From Octopus sinensis (lineage: Eukaryota): a DNA stretch of 64,000 nt. The notes beneath the pieces are model-generated. The model made no database searches. It had not been told where the DNA came from and was given only the letters and a program-made list of their open reading frames with translations. Shown piece after piece: positions 13,502-26,705 of the stretch. The DNA lies in NCBI RefSeq assembly GCF_006345805.1, contig NC_042997.1, positions 199,206,001-199,270,000 of the forward strand, given 5' to 3'. How positions within the stretch are numbered: position 1 is the stretch's first letter; every line of letters starts with the position of its first letter. The position numbers were made by a program, and so were the translations under genes.

Positions 13502-14116
13502 GAGGTTTGTAGTGCTGAAATGATTGTGTGGGATATGACCTGTACTTATAAAGCTAAGAGGTTTGTAGCGCTGAAATGATTGTGTGGGATATGACCTGTA
13601 CTTATAAAGCTAAGAGGTTTGTAGCGCTGAAATGATTGTGTGGGATATGACCTGTACTTATAAAGCTAAGAGGTTTGTAGCGCTGAAATGATTGTGTGGG
13701 ATATGACCTGTACTTATAAAGCTAAGAGGTTTGTAGTGCTGAAATGATTGTGTGGGATATGACCTGTACTTATAAGCTAAGAGGTTTGTAGTGCTGAAAT
13801 GATTGTGTGGGATATGACCTGTACTTATAAAGCTAAGAGGTTTGTAGTGCTGAAATGATTGTGTGGGATATGACCTGTACTTATAAAGCTAAGAGGTTTG
13901 TAGTGCTGAAATGATTGTGTGGGATATGACCTGTACTTATAAAGCTAAGAGGTTTGTAGTGCTGAAATGATTGTGTGGGATATGACCTGTACTTATAAAG
14001 CTAAGAGGTTTGTAGCGCTGAAATGATTGTGTGGGATATGACCTGTACTTATAAAGCTAAGAGGTTTGTAGCGCTGAAATGATTGTGTGGGATATGACCT
14101 GTACTTATAAAGCTAA
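13502..14116. repeat. 56-bp minisatellite, 11 copies
   Basis: Unit GAGGTTTGTAG(T/C)GCTGAAATGATTGTGTGGGATATGACCTGTACTTATAAAGCTAA; unit 5 has a 1-nt deletion. Confidence 0.97.
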
Positions 14117-15190
14117 TGCTTAGAATGAATGTAAAATTGTGAGCTGTGAAATACTGCTAACATTATATTCCATGGGTTTGTTATCTGTTTTTTGTTTTAT
14201 TATGCAATGTTCACCAATTACAAGTGGCACAACTGATGCTTTCAACTCCAGCAAGTTCCAATTACAGTTCTTGTCCTTCCCAACTATATTTCTGGAGTTA
14301 TCTGTAAGTTTGTATATCAAAATGCACAATGTTTCTTTTGTGTTTTTGCTTATGAAATTATGAATATTTAGGTCATTAATATTCATCCCGTTGTTTGTCG
14401 AGGTAGACATGTCTCAGAGTATCATTTACCATTTATTGTATGTTTATTCCATTTATTATCTATTTTTATGTGAAAGTGTTGGTATATTGCCCAACGAACA
14501 CAACAACCAACACACACACACATGCCGTATATTCCAGCCTTGTAAATACTTGACAGAAAAAATGGTGTTTCTTTTTAATTTTTTCAAGCACATTTGCCTC
14601 TTGTTTAATCACCTTGTTTTCGTAATTCTTTGCTGGTTGGCATTGATCTCGCACAGCTAACATCAGACCATATGCTTATAGCTTTAATTAGGTCCATGTT
14701 TTTATTATTTTTCTTTTCTATCGGTTCATTTCCCCTTTGTTCATCTTTGTTAGATACTGACCATGTTCAGTTTTTTCCCCCTCATTGTTTTATCTTTACA
14801 ATGATCTGAAGCTCCACTTTGATTTCATATATTTTGCTTTTCTTTTACCTTCTCTCTTATTCTAATCTATACTCCCCTTTGAAGTATTTAGCATCTAATT
14901 TAGATGATATTGTTTCTTTTATATGAAGAGATGTTGTTTTTATATGATCATTTATTGAATTAAGTAATCTAGTTTTGCTCTCTTTTAAGTATTTTCTGTT
15001 GCGGAGTTCTCTTCTGATTAGTTGATTTCACTGCCTAAATCTGTCTAGATATTTTGTGTTTGTCTCTTCTCTGAGTAACTTTGGCACATTTCTCTAATTT
15101 CTTTTCCATTCTGATATCATTGCTGGCTCCATTTACAAGTTTTAACAGCTTCTTCAGTGTTCCTCCTCATCCCCTTCCTCTCCCTCCTCC
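14117..15190 (-). mobile_element. Degenerate R4/Dong-like non-LTR retrotransposon (RT motif 6 to RLE endonuclease region)
   Basis: Minus-strand peptides LKKLLKLVNGASNDIRMEKKLEKCAKVT (cf. FSNDIGMEFGLDKCAK) and SRNIVGKD...WNLLELKASVVPLVIG (cf. WNLKTTTVPVVIGALG). Confidence 0.6.
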
Positions 15191-15271
15191 TCACCATCAT
15201 CATAATGTCCTGTTCTATGATTGTGTAGGTCAGATGGAATTCGTTGGGGCAGATTGTCTCTTGTATACTCT

Positions 15272-15645
15272 TTTACTTGTTTCAGTCATTTGACTGTGGC
15301 CATGCTGGAGCACTGCCTTTAGTCGAGCAAATCGACCTCAGGACTTAATCTTTACAAGCCTTGCACTTAATCCATCGGTCTCTTTTGCCGAACCACTAAG
15401 ATACAGGGACGTAAACACACCAGCATCGGTTATCAACACAGACACAAACATACACACACATATATAAGTATACATATATATGACAAGCTTCTTTCAGTTT
15501 CCATCTACCAAATCCATTCACAAGGCTTTGGTTGGCCCGAGGCTATAGTAGAAGACACTTGCCCAAGGTGCCATGCAGTGGGACTGAACCCGGAACCGTG
15601 TGGTTGGTAAGCAAGCTACTTACCACACAGCCACTCCTACTCCTA
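15272..15645 (-). mobile_element. SINE family B
   Basis: Reverse complement of the family B consensus seen elsewhere in the window. Confidence 0.9.
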
Positions 15646-15699
15646 TATAATTCTTTTTTCGATAATCTGTGTAAAGTGAGTAGTTTATAGCCTGTTCTT

Positions 15700-16100
15700 A
15701 GCATTTTGTTGTTAGCAGAATCTTCCAGAAAACTTCCTTTTATGGAGATAGAGCTAACTTTTATTATATCAGCTCTATCAATGCCCTTTTATTGCAGTTT
15801 GATTTTTCGTTTTTCAAACAGTGTTGTTGTTCATTTATTGTGTTTAATATTTGGACATATTTATTTAGATCCAGCAATATGGAATTCTGTTGAAGGCTTT
15901 TATTAATCAATACATTATGCTTCGGATCTTTTTGAATTCTTCTTTTGCTTACTTTCACAAACTGCTTCAGTTATCAACGGTTGATCTTTATATCCATGCA
16001 TTCCCTTCGAACATCCTTTTCTTTTGTATCCCTAGTAATATAAGTTCTTCCACATGAGCAGCCAACCTGATGGAGAACATAAATGTCAGAACTTTATATG
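15700..16100 (-). pseudogene. Possible Penelope-like GIY-YIG endonuclease remnant
   Basis: Minus frame DIYVLHQVGCSCGRTYITRDTKEK resembles VYxIxCSCGKxYIGET; heavily decayed. Confidence 0.3.
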
Positions 16101-16887
16101 TTGTTGGGAAGCAATAATATTGGCGAGTAGCTATTGTTGTTTAACCCCAGGTCAGCACTGGTCGAGCAGCAAGAATATGAACAAAAGCATTCCAACCATG
16201 ACCATGCCAATGCCAGTCTTCTTCAGAATAAGTCAATCTATGATTACATTACCGGATCTACCCTCCCTTATAACTTTTAAGATGATTATATTTGATTTAA
16301 GAGAGAATTGCCTGCTATTTCTAAAAGATCAAGAGATTCTACTGAGGCATGTTTGGAGTCCCTGGAATATTTAAATATTGGAATTAATACTTTTTTCATC
16401 CAGTTTCTAATTTAGTATTGATTGAGGTGATTAGTATTTCTTCGAAAATATTGGGCATTAGTATCTATTTCTTTACTGCCCACAAGGGGCTACACACAAA
16501 GAGGGGACAAACAATGACAGACAAACGGATTAAGTCGATTATATCAACCCCAGTGTGTAACTGGTACTTATTTAATTGACCCCAAAAGGATTAAAGGCAA
16601 AGTCGACCTTGGCAGAATTTGAACTCAGAAAGTAACGGCAGATGAAATACTGCTAAGCATTGTCAAGTGATGGTGAGGGTACAAACATAAACATATACAT
16701 ATATTTATATATATACACACACATACATATGATGGGCTTCTTTCAGTCTTTTTGTATCCACTCACAAGGATTTGGTTATTCTGAGGCTATAGTAGAAGAC
16801 ACTTGCCCAAGGTACCATGCAGTGGGACTGAACCTAGAACAATGTGGTTGGTAAGCAAGCTACTTACCACACAGTCACAAATATATA

Positions 16888-17620
16888 TATCATCATCATC
16901 GCTTAACATCTGCTTTCCATGCTGGCATGGGTTGGACGGTTTGACTGAGGACTGGTGAGCCAGAGGCTGCACCAGGCTCAATCTAATCTGGCAAGGTTTC
17001 TACAGCTGGATGCCCTTCCTAACACCAACCACTCCGAGAGTGTAGTGGATGCTTTTACGTGCCACCGGTACGAGGGCCAATCAAGTGGTTCTGGCAACGA
17101 CCATGCTCAAAAGGTGTTTTTATGTGCTACCTGCATGGGAGCTAGTCTGACATCAACGACCACGCTTGAATGTTGTTTTTCACATGCCACCAGCACATGT
17201 TCTGGTAAGGCGACACTGGCAACGATCATGCTTGAATGGTGCTTTTCACATGTCACCGGTATGGCTGACAGTCTGATCTGGCAGAGTTTCTACAGCTGGA
17301 TGCCCTTCCTAACACCAACCACTCTGAGAGTGTAGTGGATACTTTTTACGTGCCACTGGCACAGATGCCCGGGGAGGCTGGCAACGGCCATGATCGGTTG
17401 ATGTTTTTTACGTGCCACCGGCACAGGTATCACATCTACAATTTCCATTTGATTTTTTGATGTTGATGTACTTGACTCAATAGGTCCCCTCAAGCACAGT
17501 ATGTTGCCCTACGATCCAAGGCAAGCACAGCAGGCCGTCCTGCAATCCAAGACACTTTGGATGGGTTGGGGCTTCTATGTGAAGCTGGTGCAGGAAACAG
17601 CCATGGACTCATATTATTTG
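16888..17620 (-). mobile_element. RTE LINE 3' UTR fragment (related subfamily) with internal duplication
   Basis: CATCATCATCGCTTAACATCTGC tail; the CTACAGCTGGATGCCCTTCCTAAC block occurs twice. Confidence 0.8.
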
Positions 17621-19631
17621 TCGGGTCATCGCAGTTCCATCTGTCAAATCTATTCAGAAGGCTTTGTTTGGCCTGAAGCTATAGACGAAGACACTTACCA
17701 ATGTGCCATGCCGTAGAACTTGAACCTGAAACCATGTGGCTGGGAAGCAAATTTCTTAACCACACAACCATGCCTACACCTATCAACAGATCAGCAAAAA
17801 TTTTAAAAAATTATCTTAGTAATGACGTTTAATCAAACTATAAAAATATTCTATCTATGTATCTGCTTGATTTCATTAGTGTCTCAAAGAATTGTCTCCA
17901 ACTTTAAAGCCAGTTCACTTTAAGCTTAGCTTCGTTAAGCATTTACTGCCAAAAGTAATTTCCATCTGCTACATACATTGTTAAAGAAATTCTTAATGCA
18001 ATAAGACATTGCTGAAATTTTGATGGAACAGCAAATTGTCTTGTAACATTATTGTACTTAATATACCATTTTAAATGTATGTTGCTGTACTGGGAAGGAA
18101 AGGTAGAAATTTATTTGAATTGCTGAAGCACTCAAATGAGTTGAAAATTTACATTGTGTCAAATTGTAAATGGATTGTTTATTAATCTAAATTGATACGG
18201 AATTGAAACATTTTAAACAATCTTTGTTATTTTACTTGTTGATTGCATTTGTAAGTGTGCGCAAGTGTATTCAGTAAAATATAAAGAAATTTCACAAGGA
18301 TGAGATAAGCAACACTTGTTTTATTTTATTAGTTTTTTCTTTTTTATTTTTTGTATCGGTTTAATCAGTCATAATTATTGATTGTAACTGTATGGTTTGC
18401 CAGTATCTTAATTTATGCGATAAACTTTGTGCAAATACTGAGTGAGAAATTAAATTTAAAAATAGAAAAACAGAAAATGTTTATTTCAATATTCAACTAG
18501 AAAGAATAAAAATAAATAACTAAAAGGTATTATATTCCTTTCATTGAACAAATTGTGAATATCTTATTGAAATTATCATCTGTGTTAATCTAAATGTTTG
18601 ATTGAACAATTTGAATGACTGCCGTATTCAAGCTACAATACGGAGAGCTTGATTAGTGCAGAATAAAAGGTGTATCAATAAGGAAGATGATTTTTATAAT
18701 ACATTCTTCGGGTTAGTTTCCTTCAGTTTTAGAACAAATCCTACTGTTTCATTATATTTTGCTTGTTTGGGAATTTAACATGAAGTTTATGGCAATTTTG
18801 CTGTCTGCAGTAGTGTTTCTATCCCAAACAATTTTTTCCGTTATTTACTGAGATATTTTTACATTAATCATTATTTAGCTAGGAAACATTAACCTTTTGC
18901 AGTCTTATTGCCATTATATCTAGAGAGCAGTTTTAAATAGCAGAATTTATATAATGGCCACATATACAGAAGGATGAATGAACCTAATAATAATTCAAGT
19001 GGGGGCTTTATAGGAAACTTTACAAATTAATTGAATAGCAATTTATTTTGAGCTAACAGTGCTAGTCTCTAAGAAAAGAATAGCTTGACAAGTGTACATG
19101 GGGTGTTAGAGTTGTGTCTGTGGTGCAGAACTTCTGGGAGAAATTTTGCAAGGAAGAACAACGCCTCAGAGGATATGGAGTGGGAATTCTTATAGCTCAA
19201 GAGGCCCGTGCAGTTTCATTCTTTTTTATTCTTAAGGAGGGGCCCTGTCTGATGTTTATGAGTACCTCCTTAAATTTCTTGGCTCTGGATTGATACACTC
19301 CTTCTTATGAGCTCTACTGGGAGAGATGATTTTGTACATAGTGTATGTATGTAGATGTTTCAGGGGACACACACACATACACACACATTAAATGTATGTA
19401 TGTATCATCATCATTTAACATCCATTTTTCATGCTGGCATGGGTTGGAGGATTCAACAAGTTGCACCAGGCTCTAGTCATCTGTCTTGCCAACCACTTTA
19501 CAGATTGTACTGGGTGCCTTCGGGCACCAGCACAAGTGTTGTTTTTATATATATGTTTTGGTGTTTTACTCAACTAAATGCTAAATGTTGTCTTGAGATA
19601 TCAGAGAAATTTATTTTTCTTTCAGTTTCTT

Positions 19632-19862
19632 ATTTCTTTATTGCCCACAAGAGACTACACACAGAGGGGACAAACAAGGACAGACAAATGGATTAAGTCA
19701 ATTATATCGACTTTAGTGCATAACTGGTCCTTAATTTATCGGCCCCGAAAGGATGAAAGGCAAAGTTGACCTCGGCGGAATTTGAACTCAGAACGTAGCA
19801 GCAAACGAAATACTGCTAAGCATTTCACCCAGCATGCTAACGTTTCTGCCAGCTCGCCACCT
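19632..19862 (-). mobile_element. SINE family A
   Basis: Full reverse-complement copy ending GCCAGCTCGCCACC. Confidence 0.9.
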
Positions 19863-20099
19863 TGCTTCTTTCAGTTTCTATGTGCGAAATCTTCTTTCAG
19901 TTTCTATCTACGAAATCCACTCACAAGACTTTGGTCGGCCCAAGGCTATAGAAGGACACTTGCTCAAGGTGCCACACAGTGGGACTGAACACAAAACCAT
20001 GCTATTGATAAGCAAGCTACTTACCACACAGCCACTCTTAATAATTCGCTTTTCATGTATTTGAATCTTTTCTAAGGTCTGATTTAGCTCTGACAAGTG

Positions 20100-20263
20100 T
20101 TCATTAGAATGAAGTTTGATTCCAATCAGATTCTAATGAATAATGGCACTTCAAAGCTGATACTGTATCTTAGTCGTACTTTATGTGTAATTGACCTGAG
20201 GAGAGGATTTACTTAAACGTGTGACGTAGCCCTACCACATCAGAATTAGGTTTATTGCGCAAT
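20100..20263. promoter_or_regulatory. Candidate cis-regulatory cluster (CCAAT, CRE-like and C/EBP sites)
   Basis: CCAATCAG 20122-20129, TGACGTAG 20222-20229, ATTGCGCAAT 20254-20263 in non-repeat sequence; motif evidence only. Confidence 0.25.
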
Positions 20264-20460
20264 TGTTCTGTCACTAGAACCCTCCTTTACTTGCTGAGTG
20301 AAGACCTATGAATGAATGGGTTCCTGAAGGTCAAGCATAACAACCACATCCATTCATTGCCTTCAGGTCATCCCATCCACTTCTCAATATTCTATAATCA
20401 TTGCAGCAGTTTAGATACTATACTGACTGCTGATATTCGTTTATTATTTATTAATGCAGT

Positions 20461-21345
20461 AAGGCAGCAAACTGGCAGAAACGTTAGCATGCCAGGCAAA
20501 ATGCTTAGCAGTATTTTACTTGTGTTTATATTCTGAGTTCAAATTCTGCCGAAGTAGACTTTACCTTTCATCCTTTCAGGGTCGATAAATTAAGTACCAG
20601 TTATGCACTGTGGTTGATATAATCGACTTAATCCCTTAGTCTGTCCTAGTTTATCTCCTCTATGTTTAGCCCCTTGTGGGCAATAAAGAAATAAGAAACG
20701 TTAGCATGCGACGAGCTGACAGACACGTTAGCACGCCAGGCGAAATGCTTAGCGGTATTTCGTCTGCCGTTACGTTCTGAGTTCAAATTCCGTCGAGGTC
20801 GACTTTGCCTTTCATCCTTTCGGGGTCGATAAATTAAGCACCAGTTACGCACTGGGATGGATGAAATCGACTTAATCCATTTGTCCGTCCTTGTTTGTCC
20901 CCTCTATGTTTGTCCCCCTCTATGTGGGTAGTAAAGAAATAGGTATTTCGTCTGTCTTTATGTTCTGAGTTCAAATTCCACCAAGGTCGACTTATCTTTT
21001 CATCCTTTCAGGGTTGATAAATTAAGTAGCAGTTGTCTATTGAGGTCAATCTAATCGACTGGTCCCTTCCTCAAAAATTTTGGGCCTTGTGCCTAGAGTA
21101 GAAAAGAATATTTTTATGTATTTGAATGCAGCAAGCTAGCAGAAATGTTAGCATGCTGAGTGAAATACTTAGCGGTACTTCATCTGTCATTACGTTCTGA
21201 GTTCAAATTCCGCTAAGGTCATATTAGCTTTTCATCCTTTCAGGGTCAGTAAATTAAGTACCAGTTGCATACTGGGGTTGATCTGATCGATTGGAACCCT
21301 GCCCCCAAATTCCGGGCCTTGTGGCTAGAATAGAAAAGAATATGT
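20461..21345 (+). mobile_element. Tandem cluster of ~4 SINE family A units
   Basis: Repeated GAGTTCAAATTC and TTTCATCCTTTC(A/G)GGGT(C/T)GATAAATTAAG blocks. Confidence 0.85.
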
Positions 21346-24300
21346 ATCGTCTAAACTCTGGTCCAAATAAAATGCTAATATCATGCCTCACACCTTAACA
21401 GCCTGGGTGCTGTCCACATGTACCATAGCTATCTCTGTGACAAAAATTATAAAAAACAAACCTGACAACTATTTCATAGTTATGGCCTTTAGAAAAGAGT
21501 GTATGAGTAACACCATTATTATTTTCTTTGTAAAGCATCTAAGATTAGTGTAAGAGAGCAAGTCATTCCAGACTAAGGAGCTGGGACCAATACTTGGGAC
21601 GGAGTGTTCATTGCTAAAGATAGCCATGAGCCAAGGGGCAGTGTAAAACCAAGTAAATGATTGCACTTTTTGTTTTCTCTTTGTTTCAGTCTTTAGACTG
21701 TGGCCATGCTGGGGCACCACCTCAAAGAATTTCTTTTAGTTGAATCAATCAACCCCACTGCTTATTTTTTTTAAAGCATGGTACTTATTCTATCAGTCTC
21801 TTTTACTGAACTGCTAAGTTACAAAGATGTAAACACACCAACACCGGTTGTTTAGCAGTGATGGGAGACAAACACAAAGGCATATGCACACACACATGTG
21901 CAGAAACACGTACATGCACAGGACAGGCTTCTTTCAGTTTCCGTCAATAAAGTCCACTCAGAAGGTTTTAAAGGCTGCAGTAGAGGACATTTACCCAAGG
22001 TGCCATGCAGTAGGACTGAACCTGGAACTATGTAGTTCTTATCACACAGCCACACCTTACCCTTCATTCCAAAGCTTTAGAAAACAGGCCATTATTCCAG
22101 TGGTCAGTTTAATGTGTTTTATACTTTTATTTATTCACCAGTTTTAGCCCAAGAGCTGTGGCCATGCTGGGGTACTGGCAATCTGTATTTAAAAAAAAAT
22201 AGTCAAAATAATACTTGAGATGATTAAATGATTTCCCACCCTTTGGCAACATTTGAACTTCATCAAAAGAATTCTTGAATTTATTTCAATGCATTGTTTA
22301 ACACATTGTAAGAACATTTTTATTTTAATAATAGAAGGATTTAAGAACCTGGTAGTTCTCACCATTTCTTAAGAAACAGAATTAAAGATGATAAAGAAAA
22401 TTTTCAACACACTTAATATTTGTTTCCCCCCTTGAAGATTATTATTCTTAGATACACTCAATGAATGTCGTTTTTTGCTTTGAAATTTTTATGAGCAAAA
22501 TTATTAGCGATCACTCTTATAAGCTCTTCTCAATTAATCTTTAACTCATTTTCCTGTGGATTTCATCTTTGTGAATTGTATTTAAAACTAAAAAAACTAT
22601 GAAACAATACTGTGACCAATCTTAGAACTAAAATTTATGAATCATTAACATAATAGAGTAAAAGGACTGACATTAGAATACATCGGGGAAAATTCATTTT
22701 GCAGCTGTATTCATTTGACTAGTTTTAATTCCAAAGGACTAATGACCGTGTTAACCCTTTTTATGATGGTGTTCCTGAGACTGCTCCTAGTTCTATGATA
22801 TGTAATATCTTGTTCATTTTATTTCAATGTGTTAATATTTGACGAAGGGCTATGGCAACGAGCTGGCAGAATTGCTAACATGCTGAGCAAAATGCTTAGT
22901 GTCATTTCATTCATCTTTACATTCTGAGTTCAAATTCCACTGAGGTCAACTTTGCATTTCATCCTTTTGGGATCAGAAAAATAAATATGTATTACTTAAC
23001 TACCCACAAGGGGCTAAACACAGAGGGGACAAACAAACGGATTAAGTCGATTACATCGACTTCAGTGCATAACTGGTACTTATTTAATCGACCCCGAAAG
23101 GATGAAAAGCAAAGTTGACCTCGGCGGAATTTGAACTCAGAACGTAGCGGCAGATGAAATAAATACCAGCTGAACACTGGATTGATGTAACTGACCCTTT
23201 CTCTAAAATTGCTGACCTTTGGTTAAAATTTGAAGCCAATATTTAATTTAAGGTTCAATCATAGTTAGGTTCTAGTCGAGTCAACTGTATCCCTTAGGGT
23301 CCATAGCTTGTGTTATAGCTTAATTTTTATTGTTAGTTTTTATATTTTCTGATATGACAAAAACATTTTTGTCTAAACTTAAGCTATTTTTCTATTTATA
23401 GCTATTTAAATTTTCTCTCATTTTATTATTCATAGATTTAATTATCTTTATTAGATTTATAGTTGTTTTTCTAGGACATGAATATTTCCACCTTCTCCAA
23501 GTTCTAAGATTACCTGACCTTTTAGAAATTTGTATTCACTATTTCATCTAGAACTTTCAACATTATTTTAATTTAATATCATATCTACTTGCTAATTTGT
23601 TTATGGTGGGTGGGGGGAGGATAACTATTAAGGTTTACTCATATAAAATTTCATCAATTTTAAAATCAATATTTTATTATTTTAGATTTTCTCTTAAACA
23701 CACACACAGCTGTATATGTATTGGTAGAATATGTATTAATGTAAATAATCCTTTTACTTAAGTTAGTATTATATTTATCCCTGAAATAGTATAACAAAAT
23801 GCTTTGCAGTATTTGTTCCAACCATCTGTGCTCTGAGTTCAAATTGCGCTGAGGTTGACTTTGCTTTTCATCCTTGCAGGGTTGATAAAATATAGTAACA
23901 GTATAAGGTAGTGAACTGGAAGAATTGGTAGAGCATAGGAGAAAATACCTTGTGGTATTTGTTTTAACAGTTTAGGTCAGTGGGTCTCAGCCATTTCTTG
24001 ACTATGGGCCCCCTTTTGGTTCCTGCTTTAACTTGGGTGGACTCTCATATACATTTCATCCTCCTCCTCCTCGTCATCATCATCGTTTAACGTTCATTTT
24101 CCATGCTGTCATGGGTTGGACGGTTTGACTGGGGTCTAGGAAGCAAGAAGGCTATACCCATTATATTTTTATAATTAAATATTAACAGGAATTGTAAAAA
24201 AAATTGTTAGAATATTTTATGTATTGTAGAAGTGTAACCAATTTCTTGCACAGAAGCTTTTAACAAGTTTTGTTATATGGACCCTGAAGAGCCATATGGA

Positions 24301-24375
24301 CCCTGGTTGAGAACCATTAGTTTTATAATTCCACTTGGTCCTGGAGTACTTTAAACTTTGCCCTTTTCAATCCTA

Positions 24376-24650
24376 GCCAGGCTCATGGGCCCGGTTTCCG
24401 TGGCATATGTGTTCCCCAAAGCTGGATCGGATGCCAGTCCATCGCAGCATTACTCAAGAAACAGGAAGAGAGAGTGAGAGAAAGTTGTGGCAAAAGAGTA
24501 CAACAGGGGTCACCCACCCCCTGCCAGAGCCTCGTGGAGCTTTTAGGTGTTTTCGCTCAATAAACACACACAACGCCCAGTCTGGGAATCGAAACCGCGA
24601 TCGTCTGACTGCAAGTGTGCTGCCCTAACTACTGGGCCATTTCACCTCCA
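24376..24650 (-). mobile_element. tRNA-like SINE family D variant
   Basis: Minus head TGGCCCAGTAGTTAGGGCAGC; related copy at 43235-43625. Confidence 0.7.
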
Positions 24651-25488
24651 CAGAGTACCTTTAACTAATGTTAATTTTGTTGCAAGAACTCAGGCCAAGT
24701 TTTTGGTCTGAGGGAAACTTCCTCACTTCTTTTCTGCTAATGTTGATGACTCTGAAACAAAAAAAAGAAACTTATAAATATATATCTGTTACCCTTTCCT
24801 CCCCTGAATGAGCAGTAAAAAGGAGCAAAAAAATATGATAAAAACAAACAAAAAAAAATTACATATTATTTTCTAATGCTTTCTAAACAACAATTTATGG
24901 CTTTAATTACTCCAATCATTTTTATTATATTGGAAATATATCAAAATTATTCTATTTTGCTCTTAACTCTGGTTTTGATTATATCTTTTATCATGTCTGT
25001 TGGCCTCAGCTGACCTGTCCAGAAAACAGTTCCATTCGTGCTTCACAGTTTTTAAAGAGAAATATTTCTTAATCATTATTTTGACGTCAACAATAACCAA
25101 CCTACAGTGTCATGTATTCAGATGCATATTTTCAGAAAGCTAATCCCCAGACATGCATTCTTTCTACTCATGAATGGCACTTAGCTAAATTAATCTTCCT
25201 TTCTTCAAGTGTTAAAACTCACAATGTCTCATTTTTCATATTTCCTACTCAGCCAAGACAGCATCGAAGAGACAAGGCTTCCCTATCAGTTATGTATTTC
25301 AGCCAACAATGTTACTATGCTAACATACTCTGCACTATATTATTGGTTAGATTACGTAGACATATCCTTATACTTGTACATCTTACTCTCCATTTTGTAT
25401 GTTTCCTGTCTTATATTAAATAATTCATCTCGGCTTATACTTTCTCTTCAGCCTCTAAGCCGAAAGAAATCAACTAATTCTACATTAA

Positions 25489-25924
25489 CCCTTTCGTTAC
25501 TGTATTTATTTTGAGATGTTCTGTGTTTCTTTCAATTATTCTAAATATAACAAAGAATTTAGTAGAATAACTTAGCTATCATTAAACTATTGTTGGGAAC
25601 GCAAATTGTGATTAAGGTTTGGTGGAAGATTTTAATTCAAAATTTATGAAAACAAGACATTTGTACTACAGAGCCAGAGGTGGTTTCAGCCGGGTTGGTA
25701 TCAAAAGGGCTAAATTAATCATTTGTTAATCCCTTTGTTACCATATTTCTGTTGAGATGTTCTTTGTTTCTTTCAATTAATTTTAAATGTAACAAAGAAT
25801 AAACTATTGTTAGGAACATAAATTGTGATTAAGGTTTGGTGGAAGACTTTAATTCAAAACATAAAAACAAGACGTTCGTACTACAGAGCCAGAGGTGGAT
25901 TCAGCTGGGTAGGTATCGAAAGGG
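25489..25924. mobile_element. Head-to-tail pair of piggyBac-type MITEs (25489-25709; 25731-25924), opposite orientation to the 8581 pair
   Basis: TTAA|CCCTTTCGTTAC...GGTATCAAAAGGG|CTAA, then TTAAT|CCCTTTGTTACC...GGTATCGAAAGGG|TCAA. Confidence 0.85.
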
Positions 25925-26705
25925 TCAAGTCTACAAGACATTCCTGCCTTGCACTTTTGGATGGTAAAATACAGAGTTTCAAACAACTCTAAAATTAACC
26001 TCTAGATTAATTAGTATGGTGGGTGGTGGGGAGGGATAATTAACAAGGTTTACTCTTTTAAAATTTTATCAATTTTAAAATCAATATTTTATTATTTTAG
26101 ATTTTGTCTTGAACTCACACACAATTGTATATGTACTGTTAAAATATGTGTTAATGTAAATAATACTTTTATTTGAGTTAGTATTTATTTTTTTTTTCCT
26201 GCGATGACAAAGGAACACCTGAGATAAACAATAACGTGTTAAAAAGTATTTCCAGTTGAAAATCTCTCCATTGTTTCACCTAATTACTACATAACGATAT
26301 AACACTGACTGCAATGTAGAACAAATGCGACCATTCACATAGAATATTCTGGTACAAATATCAATGCATCCAACAAATGGAAATTGTAAAAATAAAAAAA
26401 GTAGCAAACAAAAAATACCTAGGCCTTCTGAAGAATTAGCAAAAAAAAAAAAAAAAAAAAAAAACACTGGCTTTGTTTGATATAAGGTAAAGCTACCATT
26501 TCAGTAGCATAAACAAATTTTTTGCTTGCAAACTTGCAACTTCCGAGTCTTTTGTTCAGGTTCACCTTCTTGTTGATTAAACATACGATATACTCTCCAA
26601 GCATTATGCTTCTGTTGTCTGTTCCTACATTAGTATTTATTTAATGCTGCGTAATAACCAGCAACAGACCGAGTTTACGTTTCGTTTCATTTAAAGAATT
26701 ATTTT

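Noticed and set aside
13502-14116. CRISPR array
   Set aside because: Contiguous 56-bp units with no spacers.
23978-24319. hAT MITE with CAGTGG..CTCA.CC TIRs
   Set aside because: TIRs degenerate and flanking 8-mers match at only 4 of 8 positions; plausible but not supportable as a confident call.
25209-25514. ORF segment LPYQLCISANNVTMLTYS resembling my recollection of VPS13B (IPFDIFITASRISLMTYS)
   Set aside because: No other VPS13B-like exon found, no good donor, and the opposite strand looks like decayed transposase; treated as coincidence unless tBLASTn says otherwise.
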